Source of the DNA: an uncultured Candidatus Binatia bacterium | GTDB lineage: Bacteria; Desulfobacterota; Binatia; UBA9968; JAJDTQ01 | Length of the DNA: 64,000 nucleotides | NCBI GenBank assembly: GCA_965204205.1 | Contig: OZ241976.1 | Location: 2,922,322-2,986,321 of the forward strand | Direction of reading: 5' to 3' | Shown: piece after piece, positions 1 to 9,155 of the stretch | Numbering within the stretch: the stretch's first letter is position 1 | Layout: every line of letters starts with the position of its first letter | Notes under the pieces: model-generated | The model's database searches: none | Seen by the model: the letters and a program-made list of their open reading frames with translations, nothing else | What the model was told of the DNA's origin: nothing | Made by a program: the position numbers and the translations under genes

Positions 1-109
1 ATCGTGGAGCGAGCCGTCGAGGCGCTTGGCGGGGAACGCGAGCTGCTCGCGCACCTCCACGGGAGCGGTCCGGTGGTTCAGGCCGACCACCAGTATCTGC
101 CGACCCACC

Positions 110-931
110 TCACTCAAAGCGGCCTCCGTGGCGGCTCAGGAACAACGCGTCCCCCCAGAGAAAGTAGCCCAGGACGATCAGGAAACCCGCGATGGTCCAA
201 ACGGCCGCCTTCCTGCCGCGCCAGCCCGCGGTGAGGCGGCCGTGCAGAAGGATTCCGTACAGGAGCCAGGTCAGCCCGGAAGTGATCTGCCGCGGATCCC
301 ACGACCAGTAGGTGCCCCACTGCGCGTGCGCCCACACGCTGCCCGTGAGGATGCCCAGGGTCATGAACGGAAAGCCCCAGACCAGGAAGATCTTGTTCAG
401 GCGGTCCAGCGTCTCGAGGGCCGGCAACGAGCGGCTCAGGCCGGTCATGCGCTTGTTCTTGAGCTGGCGCCGGAGCAGCAGGTAGATCACGCTCACGGCG
501 AACGCCAGCGCGAAGACCGCGTTGCCCAGCAACGCCAGGGTCACGTGCAGCGGCAGCCAGTAGGTCAGCAACGCCGGCGGCGTCTCCAGGCCGGGATCCC
601 CCAGGGCGATGGAGCGCAGCGACATCAGGAAGGCCAGCGGCGCCACGAAGCCGCCCAGGATGGGCAGCCGGTACCGGAGCTGCACCGTCAGGTACACGCC
701 CACCATCAGCCAGCCGTAGAAGGACAGCGTGGCATGGGTCTGGGCCAGCGCGGGGAAGCCGGCCTCATGGAACAGCAGCGTGAACTTGGCCGCGTGGCCT
801 ATGAAGCCGGCCAGCAGCAGGCCCTGCCCGGCGCGCGAGAAGGATTCCCGCGGGGAGAACAGGTACAGGATGAAGGCGCCCGTCGCCAGAAGGTAGAACC
901 CGGCCGTGGCCTGGAGAAGGCTCTGGTACAT
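110..931 (-). CDS. ccsA: cytochrome c-type biogenesis protein CcsA/ResC (heme export/handling)
   Basis: 273-aa multi-TM ORF with Trp-rich WWD-type motif WGTYWSWDPRQ characteristic of CcsA/CcmC/ResC family. Confidence 0.8.
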   Translation of the reverse strand: MYQSLLQATAGFYLLATGAFILYLFSPRESFSRAGQGLLLAGFIGHAAKFTLLFHEAGFPALAQTHATLSFYGWLMVGVYLTVQLRYRLPILGGFVAPLAFLMSLRSIALGDPGLETPPALLTYWLPLHVTLALLGNAVFALAFAVSVIYLLLRRQLKNKRMTGLSRSLPALETLDRLNKIFLVWGFPFMTLGILTGSVWAHAQWGTYWSWDPRQITSGLTWLLYGILLHGRLTAGWRGRKAAVWTIAGFLIVLGYFLWGDALFLSRHGGRFE

Positions 932-1014
932 ATGCTCCGGCCATTATATCGCATTGGCCGTGCGAGCCCTAGCAGGTTGTTGAGAGCTCAGTCTAAGTCG
1001 AAGGGCGCCGACGG

Positions 1015-2649
1015 TCAGGACTGGGTGCCGGGAATTCTGAGGCGCTGGCCGGCCCGGATCCGGTGTTTGTTGCGAATCGCATTGGCGCGCTGGATCGCGG
1101 CCGGGGACACCCGGTAGCGGTCGGCGATGGTGGAAAGGGTCTCGCCCCGGCGCACGAGGTGATAGATCCGCTGTCTCTTCACTACCCTCTTCTTCGCACG
1201 GCTCGCGAACGACCTGTCCGGGATCGCCAGCCGCTGGCCCACCTGCAGACGCCGGACACTCACCAGATCGTTCACCGCCTGGATGGCCCGCGCCGATATG
1301 CCGTAGTTCCTGGCAATGTCCCACAGCGTGTCGCCGCGGCTGACTACGTGGTACGAATCCCTGCCCGGACGCGGGCGCTCCACGACCCTGGCCGGCCGCC
1401 GATTGGCCGGCGCGGCGGCGGACCGATCGGCCAACGACTTGCCCGGGATCTCGAGCCGCTGCCCCACGCGCAGCCGGTGGGCGCTCCTCAAGCCGTTGAC
1501 GGACTGTAGCGCGTGGGTCGATGTCCCGTAGATCTTGGCAAGCTCGGAGAGCGTATCGCCGCGGCTGACCACGTGGTAGGGAAACGTCGGCGTCGGACCC
1601 ATGTTCGACAACGCGGTACGAAACCGGTGACCCTGCTCCTTCGGCGCCTTCAACCGGTAGCCCTTGGGCAGCCACGCGGCGTGCCGGCTCAGCGCCGGGT
1701 TCCACCGGAGCAACTGTGCCCGGGAGACCCGGCTGCGACGGAGCAGCGAAGCCACCGACACGCGCTGGTGGAGGCTGATCTCATCGAAATGCACGAGCCG
1801 ATCGAAACGGACGTGGGGCAGGTGCCGCTCGACCTCGCGCATGACATGCACCGCCGCCAGAAACTCCGCGTAGAAGTTCTTGGACGCGAACTTGAAGGTA
1901 CGACTGCGATAGCGGCGGATAATGGTGACGATGTCCCGGGTCCCCACCTGGCGCACCGCCCGCTTCATGCCGGCGCGCCCGTGGTTGTAGGCAGTGACCG
2001 CGAGCGGCCAGGTCTTGAGCTCCCGGTAGTTTTCCTGCAGCAGACGGGCGGCGGCGCGGGTCGCCTCCATCGGATCCCTGCGCTCGTCCAGGAGCCGCGT
2101 CACCCGCATGTACCTCCGCCCGGTGTAAGGCATGAACTGCCACATGCCCACGGCGCCGCGGAACGAGCGCGCGTCGTTCCTGAACGAGGACTCCACCAAC
2201 GGCAGGTAGGCCAGCTCCACCGGGAGACCGCGGGCGGAGAAGATCTTCCGCATGTGCTCCATGTAGCGCCCGGACCGCCTCACGCCCGCCGCGAAACGCT
2301 CGCTGATCCCCCGCTGGACCTTGATGCGGTGCGACGGGATTCCGCGCCGCACGAGTTGCGCGCGCACGGAGCGGATCACCCGCCGTGTGCGCGCCCGGGA
2401 ACCCTCCTTGACCTCCACCACCCGATGTATCTTCGACATCTCCCTGGGATCGAAGAACACCAGCTCGTTCGAGTCGTAATCGAGAAAGATCGCCTTCCAG
2501 AACTCGACGGCGGGCTTGAGCCCTCTGGGGATGGGGAAGGGGTCCTCGGCCGCCGGAACGGTGCCGCGTGCGAGTGCGGCCGGGGTGTACGTCAAGCCGC
2601 TTAAAAGGAGAAAAAGAAGACTGGCGACGACGACGAAGCAGCGTGTCAT
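1015..2649 (-). CDS. mltD: membrane-bound lytic murein transglycosylase D-like protein with three C-terminal LysM domains
   Basis: Signal peptide MTRCFVVVASLLFLLLSGL at the internal ATG (rc cat 2647-2649). SLT core with catalytic ES motif (LPLVESSFRNDARS, AYNHG). Three repeats of YH(V/L)V(S/R)RG(D/E)TL...GQRL.IP typical of LysM. The ORF-track N-terminal extension was rejected. Confidence 0.8.
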   Translation of the reverse strand: MTRCFVVVASLLFLLLSGLTYTPAALARGTVPAAEDPFPIPRGLKPAVEFWKAIFLDYDSNELVFFDPREMSKIHRVVEVKEGSRARTRRVIRSVRAQLVRRGIPSHRIKVQRGISERFAAGVRRSGRYMEHMRKIFSARGLPVELAYLPLVESSFRNDARSFRGAVGMWQFMPYTGRRYMRVTRLLDERRDPMEATRAAARLLQENYRELKTWPLAVTAYNHGRAGMKRAVRQVGTRDIVTIIRRYRSRTFKFASKNFYAEFLAAVHVMREVERHLPHVRFDRLVHFDEISLHQRVSVASLLRRSRVSRAQLLRWNPALSRHAAWLPKGYRLKAPKEQGHRFRTALSNMGPTPTFPYHVVSRGDTLSELAKIYGTSTHALQSVNGLRSAHRLRVGQRLEIPGKSLADRSAAAPANRRPARVVERPRPGRDSYHVVSRGDTLWDIARNYGISARAIQAVNDLVSVRRLQVGQRLAIPDRSFASRAKKRVVKRQRIYHLVRRGETLSTIADRYRVSPAAIQRANAIRNKHRIRAGQRLRIPGTQS

Positions 2650-2819
2650 GCAGAACTCCTTTAAAAGCATCGGCTTAGGGTACCCGGTGTAAAGCTCTTT
2701 GTCAACTATGCCGTATACCTTTCGGAAAAGACGTCCTGCAGGGGTCACACTCGACGTAACCACCATGGGAGGGGAGAACAGCCTTCGGACAGGAGCGGGG
2801 CTCCAACGCCCGGGGGAAC

Positions 2820-3455
2820 CTAATCGAACTCGTAGGGTATCTGCTCGGGCCCGTACCCTTGCCAGTACTTGCAGGTCCGCGGGTCGTATCGGCCCTGGAG
2901 GAAGCCGCCGGGCTTCTCGGCGCGCACGATGATGGCGACCGTGCGCTCCGTGCCGCTCTCCTCCGCGTGGATCTGCCAGGGACCCACGAGGTCGATCTTG
3001 CCCGGCTCCACCTGGGCGTTCTCGATCTTTCGGATTTCCGCGTAGTCCGGCTTCGAACCGTCGTCCAGCCGTTCATAACGCTCGATGGTCTCACGGCCGT
3101 CCAGTACTCCGTACAGCGTCCAGTTGTGCGCGTGGTCATGGATGCTGGTGCGGGTTCCCGGCGCCTTGACCAGGCCGTTGATCACGAATCCGTGGTCCGG
3201 GTCCTCGTAGAGGAGCAGGTTCTGCGCCCGTTGGCCGCCCTCGGCCACGGTCAGCCCGCCCTGGTCGCAGTCGGGCCATTTCCCGGCCTGCGCCTTCACG
3301 TCGGGGTCCGTCAGCAACTCTGCCAGAAGGGGCCCCATCTTCTGCCAGCGCTTGTCGGCGTCCGGCTCGTCTTCATGAAGTTGCCGGGCGGCCGCGATGA
3401 ACCGCTTGGCGGCCGACGGCTCCGTTTCGCGGGCCGGCATGGGACGTGCGCTCAT
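2820..3455 (-). CDS. cupin-fold protein, 3-His (cysteine-dioxygenase-like) metal site
   Basis: ORF with IHDHAHNW ... GPWQIHAEES spacing reminiscent of 3-His cupin dioxygenases. Start chosen at MSARPMP. Family assignment is tentative. Confidence 0.45.
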   Translation of the reverse strand: MSARPMPARETEPSAAKRFIAAARQLHEDEPDADKRWQKMGPLLAELLTDPDVKAQAGKWPDCDQGGLTVAEGGQRAQNLLLYEDPDHGFVINGLVKAPGTRTSIHDHAHNWTLYGVLDGRETIERYERLDDGSKPDYAEIRKIENAQVEPGKIDLVGPWQIHAEESGTERTVAIIVRAEKPGGFLQGRYDPRTCKYWQGYGPEQIPYEFD

Positions 3456-3539
3456 GGTGTTTCCTCCCTTGGCTCCTTGGTGGCTTGCGTGGACGGGGTC
3501 GCCCAACTCGTGGAAAGTATCCGAGGAAACGACGCCCTG

Positions 3540-4466
3540 TCAACCGGATACGACACCCTTGACCAGCCGCACCCGGCTGGTGTCGCGCAGCTTGTCGAAG
3601 CGCTCCCGCTCCACCTCGAAGTAGTGGGGCAGCGCCGAGCTCTTGAGGATATAGTGATCGCCTTCTTTCGGGGACACCACCGTGTACGTGACCGCGGACC
3701 CCGCCTTCGTCTCGATGACGTACTCGAGGATGGGCCTTCCGGCGTCGAAACGGGCCTTGCCGTCCTTGGACAGCACATCGTTGAAACCGACTCCGGCCAC
3801 GCGCTCCACCAATTCCTTCACGGGCCCGGCGTCGGTTTCCTCGTTCTCCCGCAACCCTTCGACCTGGAACCCGCCGTCCCCGGCCGTGAGCGCATAGGAC
3901 CCCAGGTCGATGCGGGCGATGTCCTCCACCGCCGTCTTCAGGACCTCCGTGTCGTACCACGAGTCTGCATCCGACGGAGCGTCGAAGGCGTTGAAATCGA
4001 TGGCGTAGGTGTGCTCGTCGCCGTCGAGGCGGGCGTGCACCTTGCGAAAGCCGGGCGATGAGCCGAGGAAAACGTCGCCGAGGACGTCCTTCCCCTTGAG
4101 GAACCGCACCCGCCGCTCGAAGTCCACCTCGGTGACCCTCAACTGCCGGGCCGCCACCAGGGTCTTTCCCACCGGCCAGGAGCGCTTGGCGCCGAGCAGC
4201 TTGCCGGTGAACTCCTCGAACTTCGTCGACGAGACCGGAAAGTCGCCCTTGCCGGGCAGAACCCAGCCGCCGTCCCTGCGCGCCAGCCGCAACGCCGCTT
4301 TCCGCATGCCCTCGATGGTCACGGCGTCGGCGCTGTCCAGTTCCACGGCCAGCAAAGGGGTATCCGCCTCGAAGGCGCCGGGGTCGTCTCCCTGGAAGTT
4401 GACCCAGGCCACCAGTCCCGCCTGCAGCACCAACACCAGCAACAAGAGCTTGATCGATCGACTCAC
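3540..4466 (-). CDS. DUF4340-family protein, the usual partner of GldG-type ABC transporter auxiliary proteins
   Basis: N-terminal TM/signal (MSRSIKLLLLVLVLQAGLVAW). Position immediately downstream of the fused permease/GldG gene matches the conserved GldA-GldF-GldG-DUF4340 gene order. Confidence 0.6.
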   Translation of the reverse strand: MSRSIKLLLLVLVLQAGLVAWVNFQGDDPGAFEADTPLLAVELDSADAVTIEGMRKAALRLARRDGGWVLPGKGDFPVSSTKFEEFTGKLLGAKRSWPVGKTLVAARQLRVTEVDFERRVRFLKGKDVLGDVFLGSSPGFRKVHARLDGDEHTYAIDFNAFDAPSDADSWYDTEVLKTAVEDIARIDLGSYALTAGDGGFQVEGLRENEETDAGPVKELVERVAGVGFNDVLSKDGKARFDAGRPILEYVIETKAGSAVTYTVVSPKEGDHYILKSSALPHYFEVERERFDKLRDTSRVRLVKGVVSG

Positions 4467-4536
4467 GCGGAAAACCTCTTCGTTCCGGAAGCCCTGTCCG
4501 CTTCCCGCCGCTCTCTCAAGGGAGAGGCGCCAGGCG

Positions 4537-7440
4537 TCAGGCCGCCAGCATCCCGTGGTAACGGTCCCGGAGGCGGCGCAGATGAAAACGGTGGACGCCG
4601 TAGATCAACGCCAGGCCCACCAGGACGATGCCGTAGTTCAGATACTCCCAGGAGGCCTTCTGCTCGCGCGTCATGGGCGCCAGCGTCCGGGCGAAGTGGG
4701 CGCGGCTCCGGATGGACAGCAGCGCGCGGTCCTCCAGCGCCCAGTCCACGACGTTCTCCAGGAACTGCAGGGAGTTGACGAACCGGTCGTTGTTGGCCGC
4801 ACGGGACAACTGCAGCGTCTGGTCGGTGAACGCTTCATTGGAGCCGACGAGAATGATGCGGGCCGATTCCGGCGACTTCTCGATCATGCCCGCCACCACC
4901 GGCTCCTCTTTCTCTTCCGTCTTCTCCGCCGCCTCGCCACCTTCCGGCGGGTCCGGTTTCTCTTCGCCTCCGTCCTTGGCCAGCAACGGCGAATCCTTGC
5001 CCGCGTAGTAGGAACGGAACGTCCCTTCCACCACCGCCGCCAGCACGTGCCCCTTCGGTTGGCCCTCCTTCTCGAACCCCAGCTTGGGATCGACCTTGAA
5101 GTCGGGATGAACCTTGAGGGAGCTCGACAGCCACGACGCCTCCGAGCTCGTGAGCAGCGGCGTGGTCCGGGTGCCGCCGGCTTCGTCCTCGGGAAGCGCG
5201 AGCGGCGAAGTCCAGCTCACGGTCAACTGGGGCAGCCTGGCGGTCATGGGATTGTCCTGATTGAGGCCCTCGCCCCGGATGTCGACGAAGTAGGGGTACG
5301 GCACCAACTGCAGCTCCCGGACGGTGAAGGCGCCGGCCTTCCGGTTCACGAACACCGGGAAAGGCTCGTTCCGGGGATCCAGCACCAGGGTCTTGCGGAC
5401 CGTGACGCCGTAGTGCTCCAGCAACGGCTCGAGACCGGAGGTATGCCGGGCGGCGGTCAGGCCCGCGGGGGTGCGCGACACGGTATAGGGCGAGGTCAGC
5501 AGGGCCGCGGAGCCGCCCTTCATGAGAAACTGGTCCACGGCGAAGCGCTGCTTCGGCGTCAGCTCCTTCGGAGCCGCCAGCAACAGCAGGTCCACGTTCT
5601 CCGGCACCAGACCCGACTCGAGGTCCACCTCCGCGATGCGATAGTTCTGCCCCAGCTTCTGCCGCACGAACCGGAACTGCCGGGGCGGCGGCCGGAAACG
5701 CGCTCCCGGTTGCCGCGGCTCCGGCGGCGGGGTGTGGAAACCGACGGTCTTGATGAATCCCGGGGCGAACCTGCGGAGCGCCGATTCCACGCTCCGCCTG
5801 GCGGATTCCTGGTTCAGCTTGCCGGGCAGGGGCACCTGCACGGTGCTGCCGTTGTTCTTCATGACCATGTAGAAAAAGAAACGTTTCGGATCGAAGGGAC
5901 CCGCCGCCATGGGGCGGAAGCCGTACCGGTCGGCGAGCTGCTTGGCCACTGCGGCGCCCTCGGCCTCGGGATCGATGATCTCGTACTTGAACTTCCCCTC
6001 CGACTCCTTGCGGAGCTCCCTCAGCGTCACCAGCAACTGCCGCCGGAACGGCGCGATGGACTTCGGCAGCTTCTCTTTCGGCGAGACGTACGCCAGGAAC
6101 TCCACGGGCTGATCGATGCCGGCGAACAGCGCGCCGATGTCCTGGAATCCATAGAGCACCTTCTTGATGCCGCGGGCGAGGTCGTACTCGAGGTTCCGCA
6201 GCCGGATGTTGGTCCCCGTACGACCGCTCTTGACCTCGATCAGATCCGTGAAGCGCAGCACCTCGTGCTTGTCGCCGTACTGGAGCAGCAGGTCGAAGTA
6301 CGAGTTGACCAGCGAGGTCTGGTAACGGTCTTCGGTGCGGAAGGGGATCGGACGGATGCCGTAGCGCTGGTTGGCTTCCTCCTCGAGACCGGGCTCCTCC
6401 CGGGGATCCACGAACTCCGCGCGCACGCGGCCGCCGCTGGTGGATTCGATTTCGCGAATGGTGTCGCGGATCCGGGGAACCAGCGGGGCCAGCAACGGAT
6501 GGGTGCGGGCGCTGAAGTAGCCGCGGATGAGCAGCGGCTCCTGCAACTGGGCGACGAGGTCGCGGGTCGCCTGGGAAAGGGTGTAGTCCCTGCCCTCGGT
6601 GAGGTCCGCGCGCACGTTGAGTCCGCGGTGGAGCCAGAAGTTGGCCAGCACGAAATTGAGCACCACCAGCGCGGTCACCGCCCGCCAGACGCGGTGGCGC
6701 GTCTTCTGCCCCTCCCGCGACCACCGCAGCCGTTCGAGGGAGTAGACGTTCAAGGCCAGAAAGACGCCGACCACGCTGACGTAGTAGTAGATGTCCCGAA
6801 GGTCCAACACGCCCCGGGTAATGGACTCGAAGCGCACACCGGTGGCCGCCAGCCCCAGGTATTCGGCCCACTGGACGCCCACCAGGAACCCGAACGTCAG
6901 GGAGCCCAGCAGGTAGAACACGAAGCCGATGACGGTGGTGAGGATGAGGCTCGCGATCTGGCTCTCGTTCCGCGAGCTGACGTAGAGGCCGATGGAGCAG
7001 TAGGCCGCCGCCAGCAGCAGGGACGCGGTGTAGGCGCCCAGCACCGGGCCCCAGTCGAGGCCGCCCATGAACGAGACCGTAACCGGGATCCCCACCGTCA
7101 GCAGCAGCGCCACCGCCACCAGGCCCAGACACGCCAGGAACTTGCCCAGCACCAGGTGGAGCGTCCTGACCGGCATGGTGAAGAGAAACTCGAGGGTCTC
7201 CATGCGCCGTTCTTCGCTCCACATCTTCATGGTCAGGGCCGCGCTCAGGAAGATGAGAAGGATCGGCATCCACTCGAACAACGGCCTCACGTCGACGATA
7301 TTGCGCGCGAAGAACTGCTCGACCCAAAAGAAGATGAACAGGCACACGGCCGAAAACGTCCCCAGGAAGATGAACGCCACCGGCGACGAGAAGTAGGTGG
7401 AGAACTCCTTTTTCGTGATGCTCCAGATGCTACCCGGCAT
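4537..7440 (-). CDS. fused ABC-2 family permease (GldF-like) and GldG-like ABC transporter auxiliary component, 967 aa
   Basis: N-terminal ~250 aa are a 6-TM ABC-2 permease. The remainder is a large extracytoplasmic GldG-type domain with a terminal TM anchor. The gene overlaps the upstream ATPase gene by 11 nt. Confidence 0.75.
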   Translation of the reverse strand: MPGSIWSITKKEFSTYFSSPVAFIFLGTFSAVCLFIFFWVEQFFARNIVDVRPLFEWMPILLIFLSAALTMKMWSEERRMETLEFLFTMPVRTLHLVLGKFLACLGLVAVALLLTVGIPVTVSFMGGLDWGPVLGAYTASLLLAAAYCSIGLYVSSRNESQIASLILTTVIGFVFYLLGSLTFGFLVGVQWAEYLGLAATGVRFESITRGVLDLRDIYYYVSVVGVFLALNVYSLERLRWSREGQKTRHRVWRAVTALVVLNFVLANFWLHRGLNVRADLTEGRDYTLSQATRDLVAQLQEPLLIRGYFSARTHPLLAPLVPRIRDTIREIESTSGGRVRAEFVDPREEPGLEEEANQRYGIRPIPFRTEDRYQTSLVNSYFDLLLQYGDKHEVLRFTDLIEVKSGRTGTNIRLRNLEYDLARGIKKVLYGFQDIGALFAGIDQPVEFLAYVSPKEKLPKSIAPFRRQLLVTLRELRKESEGKFKYEIIDPEAEGAAVAKQLADRYGFRPMAAGPFDPKRFFFYMVMKNNGSTVQVPLPGKLNQESARRSVESALRRFAPGFIKTVGFHTPPPEPRQPGARFRPPPRQFRFVRQKLGQNYRIAEVDLESGLVPENVDLLLLAAPKELTPKQRFAVDQFLMKGGSAALLTSPYTVSRTPAGLTAARHTSGLEPLLEHYGVTVRKTLVLDPRNEPFPVFVNRKAGAFTVRELQLVPYPYFVDIRGEGLNQDNPMTARLPQLTVSWTSPLALPEDEAGGTRTTPLLTSSEASWLSSSLKVHPDFKVDPKLGFEKEGQPKGHVLAAVVEGTFRSYYAGKDSPLLAKDGGEEKPDPPEGGEAAEKTEEKEEPVVAGMIEKSPESARIILVGSNEAFTDQTLQLSRAANNDRFVNSLQFLENVVDWALEDRALLSIRSRAHFARTLAPMTREQKASWEYLNYGIVLVGLALIYGVHRFHLRRLRDRYHGMLAA

Positions 7441-8362
7441 GGCCGCCTCTCTCCCCCACCTCGCGGAACACGGTCTCGAGGGTACGCGCCTCCTCGTTCA
7501 TGCGATAGAGGTCCCAGCCGCGTTCCACCGCCTCCCTGGCTACGCCGGGCGCCACCTCGTCCATGGGGGCGGAGAGCTCGAGGCCGTAGCTCTCCCCGCG
7601 CGGCCCCTCCGCCGGCACCACCCCGGCCACCCCCGGGACCTCCCGCAGCCGTTCGGGCGCGTCGTCAGAGGGATTTCCGAGCCCCACCACCAGCCGGTGG
7701 GACTGTTGCAGCTCGCTCAGCCGCGCATCCACCGCGATGCGTCCCTGCACCATGATGATCACCCGTTCGCAGACCGCCTCCACCTCCTGCAGGATATGCG
7801 TGGACACGATGATGGTGGCGTTTTCGCTCAGGCCTCTCACCAGCGAGCGCATCTGGAAGATCTGCGTCGGGTCCAGGCCGTTGGTAGGCTCGTCGAGGAT
7901 CAGGATCTCCGGCTCGTGCACGATGGCCTGGGCCACTCCCAGCCGCTGCTTGTAGCCCTTCGACAGCGTCGCGACAGGATCCAGCGCCCGGTCCAGCAGC
8001 CACGTCCGCTCCAGCGCCCGCCTGAGCACGGCCACGCGGCCGGCACGCGGAACCCCCCGCAGGTCGGCGACGTACTCGAGGTAGCGCACCACCGACATGT
8101 CCGGATAGAGCGGAGCGTTTTCCGACAGATAGCCTATCTTGCGCTGGATGCTGAGCCGCGCTTCGGCGAGCGGCATGCCGTCGATGACCACCGTCCCCTC
8201 GGTGGGCTCGATGTAGCCGGTGAGCATCCGCATGACAGTGGTCTTGCCGGCGCCGTTATGCCCCAGCAGACCGACCACCTCCCCTTTCCCGATGGAAAAG
8301 GAGACGTCATCCACCGCCACCAGATCACCATACTTTCGGGTAAGACCCTCGACCTCGATCAA
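7430..8362 (-). CDS. ABC transporter ATP-binding protein (GldA-like)
   Basis: Walker A GHNGAGKT, signature LSKGYKQRL, Walker B ILILDEP. Start assigned to TTG (rc caa 8360-8362), giving the canonical LIEVEGLTRKYGD N-terminus with GGAGGA 7 nt upstream. The ORF-track upstream extension was rejected. Confidence 0.85.
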   Translation of the reverse strand: MIEVEGLTRKYGDLVAVDDVSFSIGKGEVVGLLGHNGAGKTTVMRMLTGYIEPTEGTVVIDGMPLAEARLSIQRKIGYLSENAPLYPDMSVVRYLEYVADLRGVPRAGRVAVLRRALERTWLLDRALDPVATLSKGYKQRLGVAQAIVHEPEILILDEPTNGLDPTQIFQMRSLVRGLSENATIIVSTHILQEVEAVCERVIIMVQGRIAVDARLSELQQSHRLVVGLGNPSDDAPERLREVPGVAGVVPAEGPRGESYGLELSAPMDEVAPGVAREAVERGWDLYRMNEEARTLETVFREVGERGGHAG

Positions 8363-8499
8363 CCTGTATCCTCCCGGCGGGTACTGTTCGCGGGTTTCGG
8401 AGCGAGATAGAAATTTGTAACAGATCGGGCCGCGGGGTGCGAGTCGGGGACTCGGCGGGTGCCGATCCGACGGCTGTCTCAATGGCAGAAACGTCTTGC

Positions 8500-8521
8500 A
8501 TACCAGACAAAAGTCTGGTAT
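8500..8521. promoter_or_regulatory. candidate LexA operator: perfect palindrome ATACCAGAC-AAAA-GTCTGGTAT
   Basis: 22-bp perfect dyad ending 11 nt upstream of the lexA ATG (8532), in the divergent lexA / ABC-operon intergenic region. It occurs only once in the window. Confidence 0.45.
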
Positions 8522-8531
8522 ACGCATCTCC

Positions 8532-9134
8532 ATGACACCCTTCACTCCACCGGGAGAGACCCGGGAAAAGGTTTACCGGTTCGTGCGCAGGCGGATCCTG
8601 GAGGAGCTTCCGCCGACGGTGCGGGAGGTCCAGGAGGCGTTCCGGTTCAAGGCGGTGCAGACGGCACGGCAGCACCTCGAGCGCCTGGTGGCGGAGGGGC
8701 GGCTGGTCAAGGCGCACGGGAAATCCAGGGGTTATCGCCTTCCCCGGGAGCCCGGGACGCTGTTCGTGCCGCTGCTGGGGCGGGTGCAGGCGGGCGGGCT
8801 GCGGGCGGCCATCGAGGAGTGCGAGGGCCATCTCCCGGTGCAGTCGCGGAGATCGGAGGAGATGTTCGGGCTCCGGGTCCAGGGAGAGAGCATGACCGGG
8901 GCGGGCATCCTTCCGGGCGACATCGTCGTCGTAAGACAGCAGGGGGAGGCCGCCTCTGGAGACATCGTCGTGGCCCTGGTGGGCGACGAAGCCACCATCA
9001 AGAGGCTCCGCCTGCGCCGGAACCGGATCGAGCTGCATCCGGAGAACCCGGCTTTCACGCCGATCGTTCCCCGGGCCGACGAATGCACCATCCTGGGCAA
9101 GGTGGTGGAGGTGAGACGCTATCTCGAAGGGTGA
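8532..9134 (+). CDS. lexA: LexA repressor
   Basis: N-terminal wHTH, Ala-Gly cleavage region, and S24 peptidase motifs (GESM...KRL). It is the first gene of the imuA-imuB-dnaE2 cassette. Confidence 0.9.
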   Translation: MTPFTPPGETREKVYRFVRRRILEELPPTVREVQEAFRFKAVQTARQHLERLVAEGRLVKAHGKSRGYRLPREPGTLFVPLLGRVQAGGLRAAIEECEGHLPVQSRRSEEMFGLRVQGESMTGAGILPGDIVVVRQQGEAASGDIVVALVGDEATIKRLRLRRNRIELHPENPAFTPIVPRADECTILGKVVEVRRYLEG

Positions 9135-9155
9135 CTCGGGATACCGAGAGCTTTC

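Noticed and set aside
996-1009. 14-nt match (AGTCGAAGGGCGCC) to the right arm of nested-IR element copy A, in the ccsA-mltD spacer
   Set aside because: Only one arm is present, with no inner repeat or partner arm. It could be a degraded remnant or chance. Too short to call.
26-1117. 363-aa plus-strand ORF overlapping ccsA
   Set aside because: It is antisense to the clearly conserved CcsA ORF. Its translation is compositionally biased (Q/R/G/A-rich) with no motifs.
2650-2819. Possible sigma70 promoter (TTGACA-17-TACCCT) for mltD on the minus strand
   Set aside because: The -10 hexamer matches consensus at only 3 of 6 positions. Left as unannotated.
4009-7755. Very long plus-strand ORF (1248 aa) antisense to the ABC permease/GldG gene. 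Similar long ORFs lie at 11280-14528 (+), 12685-14487 (-), 17550-19526 (-), 23210-26485 (+) and 34142-36307 (+)
   Set aside because: Their Arg/Pro/Gly/Ala-rich low-complexity translations carry no recognisable domains. Each overlaps a well-supported gene on the opposite strand or in another frame. Stop-codon-poor antisense frames are expected in high-GC DNA.
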